Assembly: GCA_041690355.1 (NCBI GenBank)
Contig: JAWLHK010000022.1
Location: 59,116 to 79,115 of the forward strand
DNA from: a bacterium
Lineage (GTDB): Bacteria; J088; JAWLBW01
Length of the DNA: 20,000 nucleotides
Reading direction: 5' to 3'
The position numbers were made by a program, and so were the translations under genes. Below are positions 7,606 through 14,443 of the stretch, piece by piece. Positions within the stretch are counted from its first letter, which is position 1; the number at the start of each line of letters is the position of its first letter. The notes under the pieces were generated by a model. It was not told where the DNA came from. It ran no database searches and saw only the letters and a program-made list of their open reading frames with translations.

Positions 7606-9711
7606 ATGGACGCGTTTCATTTTCAGAACGATCTGCTTCACGTCGAGGGCGTCCCCCTCGACAGGCTTGCCGCTGAAGTCGGCACGCCGTTCTACGTCTA
7701 CTCCCGCGGGGCGCTCGAGGCGAACTTCCGCGCCTATGCCGACGCGCTCGCCGGCGTGCCGCATCTCGTCTGCTTCGCCATGAAGGCGAACCCGAACCTG
7801 GCCGTTCTCGCGACCTTCGCGCGGCTGGGCGGCGGGTTCGACATCGTCACCGGCGGCGAGCTCTACCGCGCGCTGCAGGCCGGCGCGCAGCCCCGGCGCA
7901 TCGTCTACTCCGGGGTCGGCAAGAGCGACGACGAGATCGCCTACGCGCTGCGCACGGGCATTCTCATGTTCAACGTCGAAAGCGTCGAAGAGCTCGACGC
8001 CATCGACCGGGCCGCCGCTCGGCTTGGCACGAAGGCCCCCATCGCGATTCGCGTCAATCCCGACGTCGATCCCCAGACGCATCCCTACATCTCCACGGGG
8101 ATGAAGAAGTCGAAGTTCGGGGTGAACATCACGCAGGCGCGCGAAGCCTACGCCAGGGCGCTTTCGCTGCCGAACCTCGAGGTGGTCGGCCTCGACTGCC
8201 ACATCGGCAGCCAGCTCACGAAGCTCGATCCGTTTCTCGATTCCCTCGACCGCGTGCTGCCGCTCATCGACGAGCTGCGCGGCCAGGGCGCGCCCATCCG
8301 CTATCTGGATTTCGGCGGCGGGCTCGGGATCACCTACCGCGACGAAACGCCGCCGGCGCCGGCGGAGTACGGCCGTGCCGTGGCCGAACGGGTGCGCGGC
8401 CGCGACCTGACGTTGATTGCCGAGCCGGGTCGCAACCTGGTCGGTAACGCCGGCGCGCTTGTGACCAGGGTGCTCTACAACAAGGCGGGCGAGGTCAAGC
8501 ACTTCGTCATCGTCGACGCGGGCATGAACGATCTCATGCGGCCGTCGCTCTACGACGCGTATCATCGCATCGAGCCGGTCTTGCGCAGGCCTGACGCTGC
8601 ACAGCGGACGGTCGACGTCGTCGGGCCGATCTGCGAAAGCGGCGATTTTCTCGCGCACGACCGCGATCTGCGCGTTCTGGAACAGGGGGAGTTGCTCGCC
8701 GTGTTGAGCGCCGGCGCCTACGGGTTCGCCATGAGCTCGCAGTACAACGGCCGCCCCCGCGTCCCCGAAGTGCTCGTGACCGGCGATCGCTGGGACGTCG
8801 TGCGCGCCCGCGAGACCTACGCGGATCTGGTTCGCGGCGAAACGATCCCGCCCGCGCTGCGCGAGGGTGTGAGAATTCCGTTTACCAAGATGCACGGCAC
8901 GGGCAACGACTTCGTCGTCGTCGACGCGCGCGCGCTCCCCATCCGCGACTACGGTGCGGTCGCCAGGCAGGTCTGCGACCGCCGGTTCGGCATCGGCGCC
9001 GATCAGATGCTGCTGGTCCAGGATTCTCCGGACGATTCGGCGCAGTACCGGATGGGGATTTACAATGCTGACGGCAGCGAAGTCGAGATGTGCGGCAACG
9101 GCATCCGCTGCTTTGCGAAGTACCTGATCGATCACGGTCTGGCGGGTGCGGGAGAGATCCCCGTGCAGACCGACGGCGGCCTCATCATCCCCAGCGCCGA
9201 AGCGAACGGCCTGTTCCGGGTCGACATGGGCGAGCCCATTCTCGAGGGCGAACGCATCCCGACCACGTTCACCGGCCGCGTCGTCGACGTTCCGCTCCAG
9301 GTGCTCGACCGGACCTTCCAGGTGACCTGCGTGTCGATGGGGAATCCGCATTGCGTGATCTTCGTCGACGATGTAGAAACCTTCCCCGTGGCCACGTACG
9401 GGCCGGCGACCGAGACCCATCCGGCGTTTCCGCGGCGCGTGAATACGGAGTACATCCAGGTGCTCGATCGCGGCCGGCTCAAGATGCGCGTCTGGGAGCG
9501 CGGGGCCGGCGAGACGATGGCCTGCGGCACGGGAGCGTCGGCGGCGCTCGTGGCGGCCGTGCTCAACGACAGGGCCGATCGGAAAGCCGACCTGCTGCTG
9601 CGCGGCGGGACGCTGACCATCGAGTGGGACGCGCAGACGAATCACGTCTTCATGACCGGTCCGGCAGTCACCGTGTTTGAAGGCGCCATCGAGTTGGCGG
9701 ACAATAGTTAA
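7606..9711 (+). CDS. lysA-dapF: Fused diaminopimelate decarboxylase (LysA, aa 1-~421) and diaminopimelate epimerase (DapF, aa ~422-701)
   Basis: LysA motifs FAMKAN (PLP Lys), HIGSQ, DFGGG, EPGR, GPICESGD, AGAYG. DapF motifs FTKMHGTGNDF, EMCGNG, SMGNPH, VWERGAGETMACGTG. No in-frame stop between the two. Confidence 0.93.
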   Translation: MDAFHFQNDLLHVEGVPLDRLAAEVGTPFYVYSRGALEANFRAYADALAGVPHLVCFAMKANPNLAVLATFARLGGGFDIVTGGELYRALQAGAQPRRIVYSGVGKSDDEIAYALRTGILMFNVESVEELDAIDRAAARLGTKAPIAIRVNPDVDPQTHPYISTGMKKSKFGVNITQAREAYARALSLPNLEVVGLDCHIGSQLTKLDPFLDSLDRVLPLIDELRGQGAPIRYLDFGGGLGITYRDETPPAPAEYGRAVAERVRGRDLTLIAEPGRNLVGNAGALVTRVLYNKAGEVKHFVIVDAGMNDLMRPSLYDAYHRIEPVLRRPDAAQRTVDVVGPICESGDFLAHDRDLRVLEQGELLAVLSAGAYGFAMSSQYNGRPRVPEVLVTGDRWDVVRARETYADLVRGETIPPALREGVRIPFTKMHGTGNDFVVVDARALPIRDYGAVARQVCDRRFGIGADQMLLVQDSPDDSAQYRMGIYNADGSEVEMCGNGIRCFAKYLIDHGLAGAGEIPVQTDGGLIIPSAEANGLFRVDMGEPILEGERIPTTFTGRVVDVPLQVLDRTFQVTCVSMGNPHCVIFVDDVETFPVATYGPATETHPAFPRRVNTEYIQVLDRGRLKMRVWERGAGETMACGTGASAALVAAVLNDRADRKADLLLRGGTLTIEWDAQTNHVFMTGPAVTVFEGAIELADNS

Positions 9712-9726
9712 GCTGCACGTGCAGCG

Positions 9727-9758
9727 CATCCGCCGTTCCATGAGAACGGGGATGTTTT
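9727..9758 (+). terminator. Possible weak intrinsic terminator or RNA hairpin between lysA-dapF and dapA
   Basis: CATCC-g-CCGTTC (9727-9738), loop CATGA, GAACGG-GGATG (9744-9754): an 11-bp stem with one bulge, followed by TTTT (9755-9758). Confidence 0.45.
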
Positions 9759-9777
9759 CGGAGGATGACAGGTAGCC

Positions 9778-10665
9778 ATGTTTACGGGTGCGATCACCGC
9801 ATTGATGACCCCGTTCCGCGACGGCAGGGTCGACGAGGAGGCGCTGCGCCGCCACGTCGAAGAGCAGATCGCGGCGGGAATCCAGGGCCTCGTTCCGGTC
9901 GGCACGACGGGCGAGAGCGCCACGCTCACCCACGCCGAGCACGAGCTCGTCGTGCGCATCGTGATCGACCAGGCGAAAAAGCGCGTTCCCGTCATCGCCG
10001 GCACCGGCAGCAACAATACGCGGGAAGCGGTGGAACTCACGGCCGCGGCCAAGCGCGATGGGGCCGACGGTGCGCTTCTCATTTCCCCCTATTACAACAA
10101 GCCGACGCAGGAAGGGCTGTATCGGCACTTTGCGGCCGTGGCGACCGAGACGGCGCTGCCGCTCATCGTCTACAACATTCCCGGGCGCACCGGTGTGACC
10201 ATCGGCGCCGAAACGCTGATCCGGCTCGGCGAGCACGAGCACATCGTCGGCGTGAAGGACGCGACGGGGAATCTCGATATCGCCAACGCGGTGACCAGCG
10301 TCATCGGCGACCGGCTCACCTTTCTGGCCGGCGACGACGCGATGACCCTTCCGCTGGCCTCCATCGGCGGCAAGGGGGTCATCTCGGCGGTCTCGAACCT
10401 GGTGCCGGCCGACATGGTCGCCTACACCGATGCGGCCGTGAAGGGCGATCTGGAGACGGCGCGCGCGCTGCACCGCAAGCTCGTACCGCTCATCACCGCC
10501 GTGTTCCTCGAGACGAACCCGATTCCCGTCAAGACGGCGCTGGCCATGCTCGGACTGATTCAGGAAGAGTTCCGCCTGCCGCTCTGCGAGATGACGGTGG
10601 CCAACCGCAACAAGCTGCGCGACGCCCTGCTCGCCTACGGCCTGCTCCCGGGAGACGCGCGATGA
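9778..10665 (+). CDS. dapA: 4-hydroxy-tetrahydrodipicolinate synthase
   Basis: Motifs TALMTPF, GTTGESATL, AGTGSN.T, PYYNKP.QEG, YNIPGRT, VGVKDATG and ETNPIPVK. Confidence 0.97.
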   Translation: MFTGAITALMTPFRDGRVDEEALRRHVEEQIAAGIQGLVPVGTTGESATLTHAEHELVVRIVIDQAKKRVPVIAGTGSNNTREAVELTAAAKRDGADGALLISPYYNKPTQEGLYRHFAAVATETALPLIVYNIPGRTGVTIGAETLIRLGEHEHIVGVKDATGNLDIANAVTSVIGDRLTFLAGDDAMTLPLASIGGKGVISAVSNLVPADMVAYTDAAVKGDLETARALHRKLVPLITAVFLETNPIPVKTALAMLGLIQEEFRLPLCEMTVANRNKLRDALLAYGLLPGDAR

Positions 10666-11474
10666 ACGCCCCCGTGCGCATCGCCGTGAAGGGGGTGCTC
10701 GGCCGCATGGGGCAGCGCATCGCCGCTCTCGCCTGCGAGACTCCGGGGGTCATGCTGGCGGCGGCGGCCGAACGTCCGGATGCCTCGTCGGTGGGCGGCG
10801 ACCTCGGCGAACAGATCGGCATCGGCAAGGGAATTACCATCCGCGGTTCGGTCACCGAGGCGCTGAAGGATGCCGACGTGCTGATCGACTTCACGGTCGC
10901 GCCGTCGACCCTGGCCGACCTGGATGCGTATGCCGCCGCGGGCAAGCCGATCGTCATCGGCACGACCGGCTTCGAGAACGACGAAGTGGCGACCCTGCGC
11001 GCGAAGCTTGCGGGAATCCCCTACGTGCTCGCGCCCAACATGAGCATCGGCGTGAACGTGCTCTTCAACCTCGTGCGCCAGGCCGCCCAGGCGCTCGGCG
11101 AAGACTACGACGTCGAGATCTTCGAGGCGCACCACCGCCACAAGAAGGATTCGCCCAGCGGCACCGCCGTCGGTCTGGCCCAGGCGGCTGCCGAGGCGCT
11201 CGGCCGCTCGTATCCCGAGGATGCCGTCTTCCGCCAGCGCGGCCTGATCGGCGAGCGGTCGAAGCGGGAGATCGGCATGCAGGTCATGCGCGGCGGCGAT
11301 ATCGTGGGCGATCACACGGTCTTCTTCGCGGGCCTCGGCGAGCGCATCGAACTGACCCACCGCGCTTCGTCGCGCGACACCTTCGCGCGCGGCGCCCTGC
11401 GGGCCGCCCACTGGCTGCAGGGAAAAGCGCCGGGAGGCTACGACATGCAGGACGTCCTCGGGTTACGCGCATGA
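10662..11474 (+). CDS. dapB: 4-hydroxy-tetrahydrodipicolinate reductase
   Basis: Motifs G..GRMG, DVLIDFT, VIGTTG, APNMSIGVN, EAHHRHKKDSPSGTA, RGGDIVGDH and FARGA. Start at ATG 10662 (ATGA overlap with the dapA stop). Confidence 0.96.
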   Translation: MNAPVRIAVKGVLGRMGQRIAALACETPGVMLAAAAERPDASSVGGDLGEQIGIGKGITIRGSVTEALKDADVLIDFTVAPSTLADLDAYAAAGKPIVIGTTGFENDEVATLRAKLAGIPYVLAPNMSIGVNVLFNLVRQAAQALGEDYDVEIFEAHHRHKKDSPSGTAVGLAQAAAEALGRSYPEDAVFRQRGLIGERSKREIGMQVMRGGDIVGDHTVFFAGLGERIELTHRASSRDTFARGALRAAHWLQGKAPGGYDMQDVLGLRA

Positions 11475-12235
11475 GAATCGCGCGCGTCCTTCACGGCGAC
11501 CAGGAGTCGCTCGGCCACCTCGAAGGCGATCGGCTCATCGTGACCCGCGGCGGCGCCGAAGGCCGGCCCGAGGTCGTGCGCGAGATTCCGATGGCCGAGG
11601 CGCGCCTGCTCGCTCCGGTCGTGCCGAGCAAGATCGTGGCCATCGGCCTCAACTACCGCAAGCACGCCGAAGAGATGGGCAAGCCGCTCCCCGAAGAGCC
11701 GCTGATGTTTCTCAAACCGATGACCGCGGTCGTCGGCCCCGACGAGCCGATCCGCTTGACGGCGCAGAGCAGCCGGGTGGATTTCGAGGGGGAACTGGCG
11801 GTGGTCATCGGCCGCCGCTGCCGGAACGCGACGGTCGCGAACGCGATGGAGTTCGTCCTGGGCTACACATGCCTGAACGACGTGACGGCGCGCGATCTGC
11901 AGATCAAGGACGTCCAGTACACGCGCGCCAAAGGGTTCGACACCTTCGCGCCGATGGGCCCCGTCCTGGCCACCGGCCTCGATCCCTCGAATCTGTTCCT
12001 CCGCACGCGCGTCAACGGCGAGGTGCGTCAGGAGGCTTCAACGGCGGACCTGATCTTCAGCGTTCCCCAGCTGATCGCGCACATCTCTTCGGTCATGACC
12101 CTGCTCCCCGGAGACGTCATTTCGACGGGAACTCCGTCGGGAGTTGGTCCCCTTCAGGCGGGTGACGTCGTCGAGATCGAGATCGACGGGATTGGCGTCC
12201 TTCGCAACCCCGTTCTCGGTCCCGAAGCGGCGTGA
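11471..12235 (+). CDS. Fumarylacetoacetate hydrolase (FAH) family protein
   Basis: Motifs SKIVAIGLNYRKHAEE, P.EP..FLKP, DFEGELAVVIG, GYTCLNDVTARDLQ, RAKGFDTF.P.GP and TLLPGDVISTGTPSGVG. ATGA overlap with dapB. Confidence 0.93.
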   Translation: MRIARVLHGDQESLGHLEGDRLIVTRGGAEGRPEVVREIPMAEARLLAPVVPSKIVAIGLNYRKHAEEMGKPLPEEPLMFLKPMTAVVGPDEPIRLTAQSSRVDFEGELAVVIGRRCRNATVANAMEFVLGYTCLNDVTARDLQIKDVQYTRAKGFDTFAPMGPVLATGLDPSNLFLRTRVNGEVRQEASTADLIFSVPQLIAHISSVMTLLPGDVISTGTPSGVGPLQAGDVVEIEIDGIGVLRNPVLGPEAA

Positions 12236-13425
12236 ATCCCGGACTCGAGCATCTTCACCCCTATCCCTTCGAGCGGCTCGCGAAGCTGAAAGAGGGGCTT
12301 CGCCCGCCGGCGGATCTGAAGCACATTGCGCTTTCCATTGGCGAGCCGCAGCATCCGGCCCCGGCCTTCGTGCTCGAGGAGCTCGTGCGTCGGCAGGGGG
12401 CCTACAGCCAGTATCCGGCGACGAAGGGAATTCCGCAATTGCGCGAAGCGATCGCCGACTGGATCGTGCGCCGCTTCAACGTTGCGCGGAATCTGGTGGA
12501 TCCCGAGCGCCACGTGCTGCCGGTGAACGGCACGCGCGAAGCCTTGTTCGCGTTCGCCCAATGTGTGATCGACGGAACGGCCGGGCAGACCGTCGCCATG
12601 CCGAACCCTTTCTACCAGATTTACGAAGGGGCAGCTTGGCTGGCCGGCGCGAAGCCGGTCTATCTGAATTGCCTTCCGCAGAACGGTTATCTTCCGGACT
12701 TTGCCGCCGCTCCCGATCACGTCTGGCGTGACTGCCGGCTGCTCTACCTCTGTTCCCCCGGCAATCCGACGGGCGCCGTGATGAGCCTGGACCAGCTTCG
12801 CGGACTGCTGGAACTCTCGGATCGGTTCGGCTTCATCATCGCCGGCGACGAGTGCTATTCGGAAATCTATCCCGAGGAGGGGAGGACGCCGGTCGGTCTT
12901 CTGGAGGCGTGCGCAGCTCTCGGCCGGGACGACTTCAAGAACTGCGTCGTCTTTCACTCACTGTCGAAGCGCTCGAATCTTCCCGGCCTGCGATCAGGTT
13001 TCGTGGCAGGCGACACGGAACTTCTTGCCCAGTTCCTTCGCTACCGCACCTATCACGGGTGCGCCATGCCGGTGCCCGTGCAGTACGCCAGCATCGCCGC
13101 GTGGAACGATGAAGAGCACGTGCGCGCCAACCGCGACCTCTATCGCGAGAAGTTCGCCGCCGTCCTCCCCATCCTGCGCGAGGCTCTTACGGTCGACGAG
13201 CCGGCCGCCGGATTCTATCTCTGGCCCGAAGTGCCGGGCGACGGCGAGGGGTTCGCGAAGGCCCTCTTCCGCGACTTTCACGTCACCGTGCTCCCGGGCG
13301 CCTATCTGGCCCGCACGGCCGACGGCGTGAACCCCGGCTCGAACCGCGTGCGCATCACCCTGGTCGCGTCCGTCGACGAATGCCGCGAAGCCGCCGAACG
13401 GATCGTGCGGATGATCCGCGGCTGA
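12232..13425 (+). CDS. dapC: Class I/II PLP aminotransferase, succinyl-diaminopimelate transaminase (DapC) type
   Basis: MNP.L..L.PYPFERL, LSIGEP.H, LPVNGTREALF, PNPFYQIYEGA, CSPGNPTG, DECYSEIY, SLSKRSNLPGLRSGFVAGD and YRTYHGCAM match the beta/gammaproteobacterial DapC pattern. GTGA overlap; last gene of the dap operon. Confidence 0.85.
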   Translation: MNPGLEHLHPYPFERLAKLKEGLRPPADLKHIALSIGEPQHPAPAFVLEELVRRQGAYSQYPATKGIPQLREAIADWIVRRFNVARNLVDPERHVLPVNGTREALFAFAQCVIDGTAGQTVAMPNPFYQIYEGAAWLAGAKPVYLNCLPQNGYLPDFAAAPDHVWRDCRLLYLCSPGNPTGAVMSLDQLRGLLELSDRFGFIIAGDECYSEIYPEEGRTPVGLLEACAALGRDDFKNCVVFHSLSKRSNLPGLRSGFVAGDTELLAQFLRYRTYHGCAMPVPVQYASIAAWNDEEHVRANRDLYREKFAAVLPILREALTVDEPAAGFYLWPEVPGDGEGFAKALFRDFHVTVLPGAYLARTADGVNPGSNRVRITLVASVDECREAAERIVRMIRG

Positions 13426-13444
13426 CGCGGCGGCCGCGCCACGG

Positions 13445-14422
13445 TCACAACGTGACCACCACGTTTCCCTTCTTGTGCCCCGCGTCGACATAGCGGTGGG
13501 CGTCGACCATCTGCTCGAAGGGGAAAGTCCGATCGATGACCGGACGGAAAATTCCCTGCTCGGCCAGCTCGGCCAGCAGCCGGAGATCCGCGGCATTGCC
13601 CGAGGCCGGCCCCGCAAGGATCCGATGGCTGCCCATGAGCGGCACCCAGGCCATCGGAAGCATGTCGGGCAGGCCCGCCGCAATCAGGATCAGGCGCCCA
13701 CCTTGGCGCAGCGAACCCTTGCAGCGCGCGTACGTTGCCTTGCCCACGGTGTCGACGATGACGTCCCACGAGTTCGACGATTCGCCGGTCTGCAGGAAAT
13801 CCGTCCGGGTGTAATCGATCACCCGCTCGGCGCCGAGCGACTGCACGAGCGCGACGTTGGCGCCGCTGCACACCCCCGTCACCGCGGCCCCGAAGTGCCG
13901 GGCGAGCTGGACGGTGGCGGTACCGACGCCACCCGAAGCGCCGATGACCAGCACCTTTTCGCCCGGCTGCACGTTCGCCTTGCGCAGGAAATGAAGCGCC
14001 GTCGTTCCGCCGAAAGAGAGGGCGGCCGCCTCCTCGACCCGCAGCGTTTCGGGCTTGCGCACCACAGCTCCGTCGGCGGGAAGGCACACGTATTCCGCGT
14101 AGCACCCCATGGCCGTATCCGCGAAGGCGAAGACCTCGTCGCCGGCCTTGAAGTTCCGCACGTCCTTGCCGACGGCCTCGACGGTGCCGGCCAGCTCGGT
14201 CCCCAGAATCGGCTGCCGCGGCCCGCGGAATCCGAGCGCCAGCCGCATGAGCAGCTTGAATCCCGCCGGGGTGTTCAGGCCGCGCACGCGGCAATCGCCC
14301 GAGGTGACCGTCGTCGCCCGGCCGCGGATCAGGACCTCCCCGTCACGGGGCGCGGGTTTCTCCACCTCGGTCAGGCGGAGGACTTCCGGGGGGCCGTACT
14401 GTTCGCAGACATAGGCGCGCAT
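13445..14422 (-). CDS. Zn-independent MDR-family NAD(P)-dependent oxidoreductase (quinone reductase/alcohol dehydrogenase-like)
   Basis: Motifs YGPPEVL, ILGTELAG.VEAVGK.V..FK.GDEV, GASGGVGT (Rossmann), LGA..VIDY and GHKKGNVVV. Confidence 0.9.
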   Translation of the reverse strand: MRAYVCEQYGPPEVLRLTEVEKPAPRDGEVLIRGRATTVTSGDCRVRGLNTPAGFKLLMRLALGFRGPRQPILGTELAGTVEAVGKDVRNFKAGDEVFAFADTAMGCYAEYVCLPADGAVVRKPETLRVEEAAALSFGGTTALHFLRKANVQPGEKVLVIGASGGVGTATVQLARHFGAAVTGVCSGANVALVQSLGAERVIDYTRTDFLQTGESSNSWDVIVDTVGKATYARCKGSLRQGGRLILIAAGLPDMLPMAWVPLMGSHRILAGPASGNAADLRLLAELAEQGIFRPVIDRTFPFEQMVDAHRYVDAGHKKGNVVVTL

Positions 14423-14443
14423 GGGGCTCCGAAGGGGGAGGTG

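Noticed and set aside
6421-10473. 1350-aa ORF on the - strand
   Set aside because: Antisense to argH, the lipoprotein, lysA-dapF and dapA. It has no recognisable motifs and is a typical stop-free shadow frame of high-GC genes.
9765-10661. 299-codon N-terminal extension of dapB overlapping dapA in another frame
   Set aside because: Low-complexity Arg-rich translation. Its ATG abuts GGAGG with zero spacing, and the ATGA-coupled start at 10662 explains dapB.
13426-13444. Short GC hairpin CGCGG-CGG-CCGCG between convergent dapC and MDR genes
   Set aside because: A 5-bp stem with no U-tract is expected by chance in GC-rich DNA.
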